A DNA stretch of 62,870 bases, the filler included, from Reclinomonas americana ATCC 50394 (taxonomy: Eukaryota): assembly GCA_048213135.1 (NCBI GenBank). It is 4 parts of 2 records of this genome, joined end to end, with 100 filler letters (N's around TTAATTAATTAA, not from the genome) between each part and the next. Parts side by side here need not be neighbours in the genome. Positions count along the whole stretch, not along the records: positions 27,976 to 54,710 come from PS015208.1; 3 more parts are not named here. One strand, written 5' to 3'. The notes beneath the pieces were generated by a model. It saw only the letters and a list, made by a program, of their open reading frames with translations, did not search any database and was not told the DNA's origin. This document shows, piece after piece, positions 38,728 through 51,593 of the stretch. The position numbers and the translations under genes are program-made. Every line of letters starts with the position of its first letter. Within the stretch, counting starts at the first letter, position 1.

Positions 38728-41700
38728 ATGGCGTCTTCATCATCGCTCACCCTGACTGATGAGAGTGCTGTTGCCGCGTTGTGCGACGACGGAAACAAGG
38801 CAACTAGTCCGCCCCAACAGCAGTTCCACACCCATTGCGAACCTGGTTGTCGGGGCACGGCCTCCGTTGGAGACGGCCTGTCGACTCTTGCCGACAACAG
38901 CGACGATGGCAGCAGGGCCGTCGACGCACTGGAGAGCGTCCACGATGACTCGAACGACGACGGTGCCGACTTTTGTCGTTCGCCGCACTCTTCGGTCGTC
39001 CGTTCGCGCTCCATGGTGTCGTGCGCGTCTGCATCGGCGTTGATGGCCATGGCCACGGGCACCATTGACGTGGACGAGAGCGCTGTCACCACCGTCACCG
39101 CCACTGCCACAACTGTTGTTGCTGCGATCGCGGATATGCAAGGAGGATGTGAGCTAGAGACGCGGTCGTCGACTGGGACCACCACCACTCCCGCAGCGGA
39201 GGGAGTGACGGCCGAGCTTTCGAGCGACGCTGCTGCGTCGGAGACCACCGCGACTCTGTCGGCGTCGTGCCCCTCGTGCACTTCGTTGTCGTCAAGTGGC
39301 AGCGTGTCGACCGTGGACTCGGTGCAGTTGTCGTCGGCGATGCGACGGCACGATGCTTCTTCGCGATCGCGCCATGGTCGAACCCCCGGCGGAGCCTTCG
39401 GCACAGCCACCACCCTCACCGACATCACCAAGCGCCACAAGTCGACTTCACCACTGAAGTTTGTCGCCAACATGTACACGACGGAATCGGCGGCGGCAGA
39501 GGGGCCCGATGAGTGCGACGAGGTTGCGTCTCCAATGTCGTCGTCGTCAGCGTCGACACCGGCGGGCAAATCCTCTCGCGATCGATCGTCGTCGCTACCG
39601 CCTCCTGGTACAAAGGAGGACCTGGTAGTGGCGGCGGTGCGTGCGCTTCCCTCGCAAGTGCTGGCCGACGTGTGCTCGGCAGTGCGGCCGGGTATTCCGT
39701 TGCACGCGCAGTGGCATCCATTGCAGCGAGGCTCGTCGGCACGGAGCATAACAATGTTCATGCCGGTCGCGTCGGCATCGTCGAGCGAGTCCGCTGTCAC
39801 CAACACCACTGGCAGCACTGCTGACGAGTGTGCAATCTGCCCCACCGCTGCGTATGCGACTGCTGTTGCTGCCGACTCCTCCATGACGATCTTGGCGGCG
39901 TATGCGGCTGCCAAGGCGGCGGCGGCTGCCGCCAAAGTGGACAACCTCACCACCACCACTCTATCACCGATGGCTGTGCAACACAGCCGAGAGACTCGTG
40001 TGTGGCAACCACTGCAATCGCCCAAGATCCGCAGTCACAGTTTGCTGCGTGCCATTGGTGAGTGCGCGTGGTCCCTCTCGATTGTCAAACAAGCTGGAGT
40101 CATACGTATACTGGCTACTCATTATGTGGTCATTGTCATGGCCACACACACACACACAGTGCACGCCAACACTCAGTTTATTAACCGCGCCCCACTCGGT
40201 GTGCTGTTCACCGAGTTGCTGATGGAGGTGTTGTGGATTACCAACTCGGAGTATGGTTTCATCTCCCAAGTGTTTACAGACCCGGATACCGGCGTTGCGT
40301 AACGAACTCACCACTTCTGCTTTGCTAGCTGCTGCTGCGTTGCTGCTGTTGTGCTGACTGTTGACAACACACAGGATCCTTTCATGCGGACACACGCCTA
40401 CCGCACCATCTCCACCAACGAGGCCACTCGCATGTTCATGGACGCCACGAATGCCATTCTCAACCCCGTGGAAGGTGCGTCGACGTGATACGCGTTACAG
40501 TGCTGCATTTCACGACAGACGACTGCTGTATGGCTGCAGGCACCACTCTCGAATTCCGCAATCTCAACTCCCTGTTTGGTGTGACGCTGTTGAGTGGCGA
40601 AGCACTGATCACCAACTCACCAGACACGCACCCGCACTGCGGCGGTCTGCCACCCGGTCATCCACCACTGCACAAGTATGGTGAGCGAGTGAGTGATGAT
40701 GAAGTCGGAATGATGCACGAGTGATGTTTTTGCTTACACTTCGCGCAGCGCAAATCCCGCTGTACGTGCGCAACGAGTTTGTCGGCATGGTCGGCATCGC
40801 CAATCGACCCGAGGGCTACGATACAGCACTGGTGGAGACCATTGATCCACTCCTGCAGACTGGGTCAGTGCTGTGCTGCAGTTTGCCTCTTTGTTTTCAG
40901 TGTTGTTTTCACTCATCAGTTGTATCATGCTACCACCACCACTTCAACAACAGTGCCAACATCATCTACTCAGCCATGGAGGAGAGCAAGCGAAGAGAGG
41001 CGGAGAACGAAGTACGAAAACTCAACACCGAACTGGAACAGCGCGTTCAGCAGCGAACACACGAGGTGCGCAGGCACACAAGTCAGTGATTTGCAGATTG
41101 CATGCTTTGCACAAGTTGACACTGCACTGCACCACACGCAGCTGTTGCATTCGAATGCAAGCCTGCTGGTGGAGGTCGAAGAACGCCGCAAGGCTGAAGC
41201 GCTGGCAGCGGTGAGTGCTGCGCGGCATTGAGTTGTCAGTGGCTACTTGCTTGCTGACTGTTGAATCTCTCTCTTTGGCAGGCCGCTGTCGAGAGTAAGC
41301 GCTTGTTTTACGCCAAGCTCAGCCACGAGGTGCGCCGCTCTTCTTGAGCACACTCCTTTGTGTCCTTGCTATCTAACACGCTCCTTGCCTTGTGTTACTG
41401 CAGATGCGAACACCGGTGCGCACTGCTTCCCCTACCAGTTATGCTGCATCTCCATTGTCACCACTGATTTTCCTGTCTCGTAGATGCACGCGGTGATTGC
41501 CGTTCTCGATCTGTTGGAGAAGGAGACGCGGACGAGTCAAGCACAAGAGGTACGCGGTGAAGTCGGCCACAGTGTTGGCAGCGATGCTGATTTGCTATAA
41601 CTGGTACAGGAGCACATTCTCACCATTCGCAACTCATCGGTGGCACTGATGGTCCGTTTGTGTGTGGTGACTCTCATCGATGGTTTCACTGTGCTTACTC

Positions 41701-44326
41701 ATGGTTCTTGTCGCTTGTAACCCACAGCGTATTATTGATGATGTACGTCTAGACCTTTCTTCTTCTCGTACCGTTGATTGATTACTGTGCTCACTGGTGC
41801 ATTACAGCTGCTGGACTTTACGAAATCCGAGACCGGCCGTCTGACCCGCGAGGACCGCGAATTCAATCTCATGCTGCTCGTGCGCAACACACTGCGCATG
41901 TTTGTCAAGCAGGCCAAAAGTGCGCACGTCGAATTGCACTACCGCTGGTATGCGACGAATCCGCCACGTCTGGACCGAGTGTTGCTCGGACCAGACGCAA
42001 GTGATGAGGCGTGTCTGGAAGTGGCCACGTACAGAGCTGGTTCGCCGCTGTCCACTGGATCATCGCCGCTACAGGTGCACGAGCGAGTGGCTGGAGCCAA
42101 GGTCGCACACAATCAACGCTGGTCCGACTTCGAGACGTTGGACACGTCGTCATCAGCAATGATGCTTGTGGGCAAACTCGAATCCGCACCACACAGCCCG
42201 TCGTCGTCGACCACCTCCACCCTGAGCCACGCCGTTGCTGGTTCCCAGCCGGTGGAGCGCAGAAGCTGCTTGAGGGGCGGCAGCGCACAGTGCCGCCACT
42301 TGTCACTGTCCAGCTCGATGGGTAATCACGACACTGACGACTGTAGTGTCGAGGTCGAGCACGGACGGGCAACCGGCGAGCATCACTCGTCCGGATCCCC
42401 CCTGTCAACACGGTCGGGGATGCACTCACCGGTCGTGTCACCACCGACACCAGTGCCCCTGCATGCGGAACAACAGCCGCAGCTGCAATCGTCCGATCGT
42501 CCGTCACGGCGACCGAGTCTGGCAGCCGTCCATACGCCCGAGCTGTACCTGCCGCCAGCAGTGGTTCGGTCGGATCCGCATCGGCTGCGCCAGGTGGGGG
42601 GAACATGTCTTCGCTGACTGTGCGTAGCGATGCGATGCCTGATGTGCTGTTAACGATTAACACAGGTGTTGCTCAACCTCGTCGACAATGCCGTCAAGTA
42701 CGCGCGCAACTGGGTGCGCGTAGATGTTTGGAACTGTATGAGTGATGGGCCTGACGGCGACACACCGGCGGGCTCTTCGGCACACGTGCGCTTTGACATT
42801 GTGGACGACGGGCCGGGTATTCGCGAAGAGGTATGTTGGCAGTGCAAGTGATTCGTCCTCCTTTTGCTGACACTGGCGTGTACACAGCACTTGAGCGTCA
42901 TCTTTGAGCCTTTCATTCAAGTACGTCTCCACTTCTACTGGTCGAATACTTGTTGGCAAGTGAGCTGATGTGACATGCTTCGTGCAGATTGGCGAACACA
43001 TTTCGGCGTACAACCAGTCGGTGGTCACGGGCACTGGCCTCGGACTCCCGATTTGCGAATCGGTGCGTTTCGCCGCTGTGAGTGTGCACTGACGCAGTTA
43101 CATACTCATTTATCTTCGCGGATCGTAGATTATTCGACTGCTCGGCGGCAGCATCTCGGTCGCCAGTTCAGTTGGTGTCGGATCCGTGTTCTCCGTAGAG
43201 GTTCCGGTGGATGTGGTATCGTGGAGCTCCGACTTGGTTTGCTACTTGTTGTCCATCCCTTACGGCGACACAGTTGTTAATCATCTGTCACACTGTGACT
43301 TGCAGTGCCTCCGGCGGTTCAGCTTGGATCACAACTCACCGTTCCTGGACATGGGCATTGTCACTCCGCCCACCTCACCAAGACCAAGTACACTCGCGCC
43401 AGCGGCGCCATTGTCTCCTGCCACATCGCCCAGGGAATCGGCACCCGCTGCTTCGGCCATTGTGCATCATCCCACATGGACAGCGGTGGAGGCAACTGCT
43501 GGCAGCTCGAACGCACCTCTTGCAGCCTCGACGACGCCAGAAGCAGTCCCGGAAGCAGACGACTCACCATTGCCACGACGGAGACCCGTTCGCGTCTTGT
43601 TTGCCGAGGACAACAATGTTGCGTGCACCGAGAGTGAATCTAGACTCTACTGCGTCGACAAAGCTGTGTGTCCTTATCGGTGTGCTATGTGCAGGTGAAT
43701 AGGCGAATTGTACAGTGCATGCTGAGCAAACTTGAGAGACTACCGCCATGCGATGTCACCACTGTGGCGAATGGCAAGGAAGCCGTCATGGCGTTTGCGT
43801 GCTCAGCCTGCAATCCCTACGATATTGTACTGATGGATTGCATGATGCCGGTGATGGTGTGTGTGTGCGCGCGCGTTCGCTGTGCATCTGTGCTCTATCT
43901 GCCTTGGTTCTCACCGTCAAGTCTTGTATCTGTGGCAGAATGGTTACGAGGCTACGAGGAGAATTCGTGTCGTCGAGGAACAGTGCGGCCTACCCAGTTA
44001 CGGCTTGATTCAGCGTTGCATGATTGCACTCCTTTTTTCTGACCTTGTGTCGTTCTATCTCGTACAGGGACGCCGATAGTTGCAGTGACTGCAAGTGCGC
44101 AGCCGGAACAGATCGAGTACTGCATTGCTTGTGGGATGGACCATGTGCTCACCAAGGTACTACTGTGCACTGTTGACACTGCTTCGTCATGTGTCAACAC
44201 TGACACTGGCTTCTGCTCTCTCTCCTCTGCCAGCCGTTCAAGCGAGAGGATTTCAACAAGGTGGTGACGAAGTGGGTCGTGGAGCGCGAGGTATTAGCAG
44301 ATACAAAACACCACGAGGTCGGATGA
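38728..44326 (+). CDS. Hybrid sensor histidine kinase (GAF-HisKA-HATPase_c-REC)
   Basis: GAF EFRNLNSLFG...GLPPGHPPL. Spliced H-box SHEMRTPMH, N-box RLRQVLLNLVDNAVKY, DDGPGI, IFEPFIQ, GTGLGLPIC. REC AEDNNVN, IVLMDCMMP, VTASA, LTKPF. Confidence 0.93.
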
Positions 44327-44365
44327 GCGAGCTCGTGTGTGGATGGAGGACGCGATGTAAATATA

Positions 44366-45848
44366 TTAGAAATACACATTTTGAAAGAAAACTAATGTGA
44401 CTCCGCCCACCACAGCGAAGAAGACAAGGATGCACAACAGCAGATTGTAAAAGAGATTGAGCACGACAATTCTGCGTGGAATCGGTGCCTGCCACAGGGC
44501 CACTGTTTCATCGATGAGACCGGCAAAGGAGCTCTCGCTGCCACAGAAATCAGAGATGAACCTGCGTCGCCGTGTGTCAGGCAATGAAACACCACTGATA
44601 ACTGGGTCGCCAGACCGCCACGCAACAGTTGGAGGAACAGGACGAGGTACGGGTCGTTGCCGTTGGGAAACGACTGACGCAGCAGCAGCAGGTCGTGTGC
44701 AATGCCTATGAGAATGCACGAGACCATGTTGACACGAAATGTTCCCCACTGCACAGAGTGCCTGTTCTTGATGCCGTAGTTGCCAATGATGCTACGAGAG
44801 TGCGAAGGTGAATTATGTGCAGCTGTGTGCATTGCGATGGGAACGACCAAAGTGCACGTACCCGCCACTGATGGCACCAGACACTGACAGGAACACCGAC
44901 GTCCAGAACGTGTAGATTCTAAAATCGTACTGCACACTCGGTCCACCGAACACGCCCGAGCCTGCGTAATAGTTTGCCGGTACGTATGGTGCATGCACGC
45001 TTATTCTGTGCATGCAGCGGTGGAGAGCATTAGCTTCCTGTTGATTGACAATGGGTGTTGTTTGAAAAAACGTAACATGACTGCAATGATGGCGCTGAAG
45101 CACACCGCCAGCACAATCAGGTGGCTTGAACCACACCACAACGACTGATTGCTGATGCTCTGCGACAGTGGGTTAGCAAAGTGGCATTCTTCCATCAGGA
45201 GGGTTGTTGACACCGACGTCGACGCAACGCGCTGGAGGCTCTGCAGGTACAGCTCGTCGGCCTCGACCACACTCTTCGTGTTCTTGCCGAGTCGAATCAG
45301 TGCCCGTGAGGTGTCGCTGCGCTGCAGATTGAACATGGAGATGGAGGAACCGAGTGGCGACAGACGCTCTCCACGGCCTTCATCGTCCACGTCAAGACCA
45401 CCCGTTGGGTCCTCCTGCAGCTCAGGAGATGTGGGTGCATGACATACTTGAAGAATCACCACCACCACCACCACCACCACCACTCACCCGCACGGCCTCG
45501 CGAGTCAGCGAAAACTGCATGTGTGCGTCGTCGTTGAGGTGGACTCGCTTCGAGAGACCGGCAAACGGCTTCCAGATGGAACCGACCCAGCGACCTGCGT
45601 GGTGAGTAGTAAGACGGCGAAGCTGCGTGGCAGTTGTCACACGAACACGACGAACCGAGTGCATTCGCCGCAAAGGCCACAATCAGTGTGGCGACAATGT
45701 TGATCAGCGTGCGCACGTAGCCGTACGTAAAGTTGATGAGCGTGTCGGTCTCCTGGATAAAGTTGCCAAACGAGGTCCACACACTGCAATAGCCGCCCTT
45801 GATGGCATTGTAACTGTGCGACTCCGGGTCAGCAATGGGGGGCCACAT
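44366..45848 (-). CDS. FEX/CrcB (Fluc)-like fluoride exporter with two domains; 5' end lost at gap
   Basis: Two degenerate Fluc TM3 motifs (KGGYCSVWTSFGNF and SDFCGSESSFAGL), TM2-like WGTFRVNMVSCILIG, and multiple hydrophobic helices. Confidence 0.6.
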
Positions 45849-45868
45849 NNNNNNNNNNNNNNNNNNNN

Positions 45869-46572
45869 CCACACACGCACTGAGAAATCGTACGATGCCG
45901 ACAGCAGCCGTGAGCCGTCGCGAGAGAACTCGACGCGGACCACATAATCCTGCACCAACCATGAGCACGGGCGACATAACAGGAATGCACGACCGACGCG
46001 CGCACCTTGTGACCCTCGAGCACACGCTGACACACGCCACTCTCCATGCTCCACAGACGCACGGTGCGATCGAACGCTCCGGTGGCCAATCGCGTTCCAC
46101 ACGGCGATATGGACACACCGCGCACCGAATGCACGTGGCCCTCAAACACACGCACTGCTGCCGCTCCGCTTTGCGCTCCCGCATCAAACGGCGACCATAA
46201 TCTGGCGGTCTGATCGTACGACGCCGACACCAAGTGCGACCCTGCATGCACACACGAGATGTGAGACACGACCAGTGTGTGAGAGAGAGAGAGGCAAGTG
46301 TGCGTCACCATCGGGCAACCATGCCAACGCGGTGACGCCACCCTGATGCCCGCGCAGCACACACAACAGCATCCCGTGTGCATCCGCATCTGCACCACTC
46401 GCCGACGCCGCGGCACTTGCCCCGCCCGTGGACTCTTGCCGATCCCGCCCGACATCTTCCGCTGCATCACCTCTCTCCTGCTGTGGTGCTGCTCCGCCTG
46501 CTGCCGCTGTTCTTGCCTGCGGCTGCTGGCCTCGCCGCTGCGGCTCACCGCGTTCTACACTGAGCACCGGCA
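45869..46572 (-). CDS. WD40 repeat protein, N-terminal half, on a gap-bounded contig that is probably inverted
   Basis: LRGHQGGVTALAW, LVSASYDQTARLW, FEGHVHSV, ATGAFDRTVRLW, LLSASYDFSVRVW. Confidence 0.85.
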
Positions 46573-46638
46573 NNNNNNNNNNNNNNNNNNNNNNNNNNNN
46601 NNNNNNNNNNNNNNNNNNNNNNNNNNNNNNNNNNNNNN

Positions 46639-47521
46639 TTGGTGCCACCCGACGAAGAGCCGCAGTGTCTGCGCGTCTTGTGTGGCCACGACGATTACGT
46701 GTGGGGTGTCTCGTGGTCGCCCGATGACCGACGAGCCGTGTCCTCCAGCGACGACTGTACTTTGTGTGTGTGGGATCTGGAGGTGAGTCGTGTGCGTGCG
46801 TCGCGTCTCTCTGCCCATCGCTGCCGCATAACCGTGTCGAATGCAGTCGGCGTCTGTGGAACGAGTGCTGGTGGGTCATACTGGATGGGTCAACGATGTC
46901 GCGTGGTCACTAGCGTCGCCGCTCGTGCTGTCGTGCTCGTGGGATCGAAGTGTGCGCATGTGGGATCCCGACACGGGCGAATGTGTGTGGAGTGCCGTGG
47001 GGTTCCACACCGACGAGGTCGTGTCGGTGGCCTGGTGTGCAGACTATGCAAGGTGTGATGATGCATTCGTGTATTGTCTCCTGCCTCCTTTAGCTCTCTT
47101 GGCCAATCCAACGCGCGTGCGCTTGGTTGTCGCAGATTTGCGTCAGGCTCTCGCGATGGAACTGTCCGCGTGTTTATCGACGACCACGGTTGGTGCATGT
47201 GGTGCGCACCGCCTCATCTCATCATCTCTGTTGACACATCGCGCATGCACAGCGGCAATGTACGCCGAGTATCGCATGCTGCTTGGCGCCATGTCGTTAC
47301 TCACTGCGCTGGAGGAGGGCGAGGAGCAGCGGCAGCGCATCGCACTCGTGGTGCTGCACATTGCGACGCAGCACACGGTAGTGCTGTGCAAGCAACTCGC
47401 GGATGAGCTCATGGCGCACAGTGCGGCTCCGAATGGCGGCGCAGAGGAGGCGAGCCCGTCGCCAACATCCAGTAGCAGCGGTAGTCTGGACGGGTCGCGG
47501 GCAAGTCTGCATTCAAGATAA
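46639..47521 (+). CDS. WD40 repeat protein, C-terminal half
   Basis: LCGHDDYVWGVSW, SSSDDCTLCVWD, LVGHTGWVNDVAW, SCSWDRSVRMWD, FASGSRDGTVRVF. Stop at 47521. Confidence 0.85.
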
Positions 47522-47637
47522 TGATGTTGTGTGTCTGATGTTTTTTTTTTTATGGTTTCGTTAATGAGTGCACGTTTGCTAGCCCGTGATGATACGTCGA
47601 TTATTCGCGGGAGCCATTCATTCTGTTCGTTGTACAA

Positions 47638-50082
47638 TTATTGCGGGAGCTCTTCGCCACTGAAAGTCGACGCCGCGGGTATGACATGTGGCGTCGGCGT
47701 GGGGGTTGGCGTGCTGCCCGGCACACCACTGGCAGACGCACTGGACCGCCGTCGCACGGGCACGACGGCAGCTTGCAGCTGCGCCACCAGCGAGTCAAAG
47801 GCCTTTTGCTGGTCGCCTTCGGCAGGCGGCCTCTTCTCGCGGCATCGTCGCATGTACTCCTCCAGCCGGTCGGCGGGATACGAGGATGCGACGTGACACA
47901 ACATGGTGAGCAGCGGTTCCAGCACATTGGCGTAGTCGTCGATTTTGCGCAAGAAGAACTCCTCAATCACCAGCCGCGCCGTTTCACACCATTCCTGCAC
48001 AAATAAGCGCACGCCTGTTGTTGAATACGACACCCCGATTGTTGTCTGCGTGCGGACAGGAGTGTGCGCACCTTGTGCCACAACTTCCACAGCAACTTGT
48101 CGTAAAAGTGCGTGTGGACCATGGTCGAGCTGTCGAGCGTGAGCAGACTCGGCAACACCTCGCGCAACCGCTCCACATCGTCGGCTTCCACCCAGTGCAA
48201 CGCGTGCTCCAGATAGATCTACGCACCCACAGAAAGCACAACGGTCAAAGAACGATAAATCGAGACACACAGCTGCGCTACACAGACCAGCGCCGCCACT
48301 GGGTCCGAGGCCGCCAGGCTCGGGAGGTCGGGATCCAGCGGTGGACAATCGCCCTCTTGCTCTCGCATTTTGTCGTCCACCAGCACGCCGACCAGTGCCG
48401 GCAGGAACTTGTGCACAATGTTGGCGTTGATCTCGACGAAGCGACCGCTGCCCTCCTTGATGAGGCTGAGGGCCCGCGTGGCAAGTGTCAGCAGTCGACA
48501 CAAGAACAGGAGCACCTTGTCGTGCTGTGTTTTTGGTGAACAAGCGCGACACGCGCGAGTTAGAGTGCTCAATGAAGAGGACGGGGATAATAGGGGAGAG
48601 CGGTCGCAACTCGCGGCAACTTCTGCTGCTCGATCAGTCGCTGCAGCAGCTCGTAGATGTTGCCGACGGCGACGTCAAGAACATACGGCGTGGCCATGAT
48701 CATGCCAATGTCGCCCCACCAAATACCTCCGTCGGCTGTACGCCGGCGCAGCAGTGAATTCACGCAGCTCACTGAGTGTCATGAAATATACGCACGCACC
48801 ACCCTCCAGAGGCGCCAGGAACTCGGTGAGATCCGTCACGCGCTTCTGATCCATTAGCCACACACGCTGCCAGCCGTCGAGGCCCCACGCAAACTTGTAA
48901 CACTTGTCGGATTCGAGAATCTGGCGCCAGATGAGCACGGGGTGGACCAGCACACACACACACACACACACGAATGAACGCACGCACCTCTTTCCGATTC
49001 TCGTCGTGAAACGCCATTAGCAACTCGTAGCGCAGCGTGCAAAAAGCACTCTGCGTGAAGCGCACGTACAGGCCACGCACAAACGTGCGAATGTACTCGT
49101 ACAGGCGAGTGGAGGTGCCGACCATTTCAACCAGCGTGCGCAACACGTCGTTCTCCTGACGACGTAACCGCGGATCCTCCACTTTCTCCGCCGTCATCTT
49201 GCTCTCGTGCTCCAAGTACCGGTGAAAGAGTGGAAAACTGGTGCACACAACAGAGCGACGTGGGGTACATGCGAGAAGACAAGGTAGGTACTCAACTACA
49301 AAACGCAACACTTCCTGTCGAAAGCGATCCTTGTCGTTCTCCCAGATGCGACGCTTGACCTCAATCGGCAGCGCAGCCGGCAACGACTGCGTGTCTCCCC
49401 TCTCTGATCAGACACTCTCACAACGATCTCACGACAACAGCAGTCGGCGCGAGACGCACCGGCACGGCTTGACCTCGTTCGTCGGTCACCAGTCTCTTCA
49501 GCACGTGCTCCTCGATGCGATCCAACTTCAGCAGAATGGAGATGGGAATCACTCGCAGCTCTTCGTGCGACAGGAAACACAGAGTGCGTTCCAACAGCGG
49601 CAGCAGTCTGCACTCGGCGTGGTGAGGAAGCATCGAAGACACTCTCTCTCGTTGATTGACAAGCACACTCAACTTTTCCTGGTCGCAGCTGCGAATGCCG
49701 TCTTCCACCAGTGCGCGCAGATGCACAAAGAGTCCCTTGTAGATGTCAGAGCCTGGCACCTCCAGCAGCTCCGACAACTCCAGCGCATGCGTGGCAGAAG
49801 GCAGTACTCAATGCACACACGCAATGCATGAGATAAAAACACACACACACATGCAAGGCAAAGGGGGTCGCAAAGCATATCTTTGAGACCGCGTGTCTGC
49901 TGGAAGGTGGGCACAGCCTTCTTCGGGTCGCGTTCCAGCGACTGCCGCAACTCTCGCCTCTCACGCGCCAAATCAAACAAGTCGCCACTCTGCTCCATTC
50001 CTCCTCCTCCACTGCCACTGCCACTCGCGCCTGCAGCAGAGGAGGACGAGGAGGATGACAAGGCCTCACTGGCAGCGCTCAT
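47638..50082 (-). CDS. NELFB: Negative elongation factor B (COBRA1)-like
   Basis: LPIEVKRRIW, spliced FRQEVFPLFHRY, PRLRRQ, LVEMVGTSTRLY, FCTLRYELLMAFHD, DKCYKFAWGLD, GDIGMIMATP, KLPR. These match remembered NELF-B motifs in order. Confidence 0.8.
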
Positions 50083-50365
50083 GCGTGACGACTGCAGACT
50101 GTGACGTCCTGTCACTGTCTCCTTTACTTTACTTCGCGCGATGGAACGCCNNNNNNNNNNNNNNNNNNNNNNNNNNNNNNNNNNNNNNNNNNNNNNNNNN
50201 NNNNNNNNNNNNNNNNNNNNNNNNNNNNNNNNNNNNNNNNNNNNNNNNNNNNNNNNNNNNNNNNNNNNNNNNNNNNNNNNNNNNNNNNNNNNNNNNNNNN
50301 NNNNNNNNNNNNNNNNNNNNNNNNNNNNNNNNNNNNNNNNNNNNNNNNNNNNNNNNNNNNNNNNN

Positions 50366-50810
50366 TTGCTGCACTGCTGGCACAGAGTCAGGCACTGAGT
50401 GGCCAGTTGCAGCAAGCAGCAGCAGAGCGTGAGCGCGAGGAGGCTGCGCGACAGGAACGTTGCGTGCATTGTTTCTCACCTCAAGATTGCAATGAGTGAG
50501 TCTGACTGTGAGGCGCGCAGTGGTGCAGCTGGAGCAGGAACGAGAGGTGCTGGAGCGGCGAGTACGAGCGTTGCGGGAGTCGAGACGGAGGGCACGAAAG
50601 CGTGCGGCCGATGCGCAGATGACAGAGGCGGAGGTGGTTGATGTCGATGGGAGGAGAGACAAGCGATGGTTGGTGACGGAGAAGCGCGTTCGTGCCAGTG
50701 TGCTGCCGCTGTTGACGGGTCGGACGGTGGTACTGTCGCCTACGCAAGAGATCGCCACGTTGGTGGGAGGCAGTGGAAAGCGGCAGCGCAGGCGAAAGGT
50801 GCGGTTTGGC
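50366..50810 (+). CDS. Coiled-coil protein fragment between gaps
   Basis: EREREEAARQE|LVQLEQEREVLERRVRALRE joined by intron 50459-50520; ends KVRFG at the gap. Confidence 0.5.
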
Positions 50811-50832
50811 NNNNNNNNNNNNNNNNNNNNNN

Positions 50833-51476
50833 TGATGATGATGATAGTGGAGTGATGCTGCTGATGGTGGTGGCGGTGATTGCACAGGCGGCAGCAGAGG
50901 GTGGGGGAACATGAGAGGCGCTGCTGGCATTGCCACATCGTGCTGCATCAGCTGAGGCGGTGGTGGTGGTGGCGGTAGTGGAGGCGAAAGAGACCACGTG
51001 TGCGGTTGGAATTGATGCACCTGTTGCTGGTGTTGTTGTTGTTGCTGCTGCAGCAGCAACAGCTGTTGTTGGAGCTGCTGTTGCTGTTGCTGTTGCTGCT
51101 GCTGTTGTTGTTGACCCCACATGTCTTGCTCCGCGAAATGCTTTCGCTCGGGTAACCTTGTTTTTGTCTGTCCGGATTTTGGGGATTTTGGCTCGGCTTT
51201 GTACTTGGGCTTGTGTCGAGGACGACTCAAATTGAGGAACTGCGTTCCTCGCACCCGTACTCCGGCGCCTATCTGTTCGACTATGCGGAAGGAAAGCCGG
51301 AACTGCACCCCGATTGTGAGATCGGAGAGAGAGTGCGAGAGAGAGAGGAAGAGAGGACACATGTCGATTTTGGTGTATTTGGGTGGTGAGCGCATCTCAT
51401 ACATGGGATGCTGCGAGTGAAGCAATACTGGCGTAGCCACAGAGTCTCCCTCGTTCCCATTCCCATTGTCGCTCAC
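50833..51476 (-). CDS. Hypothetical polyQ/polyP protein fragment
   Basis: Open frame with a basic region (RPRHKPKYK) followed by Q-rich and P-rich tracts. Confidence 0.4.
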
Positions 51477-51593
51477 TTGGAAGGCGAGGCGGCCACCACC
51501 GAGGATATCGAAGCCAAATATGGTAATGTCAGTCGGAGGCCATCGGAGGTGCGTCCGCGGGTGATGGTGAGGAGGGGGTGGCAGCTGGAGCAG

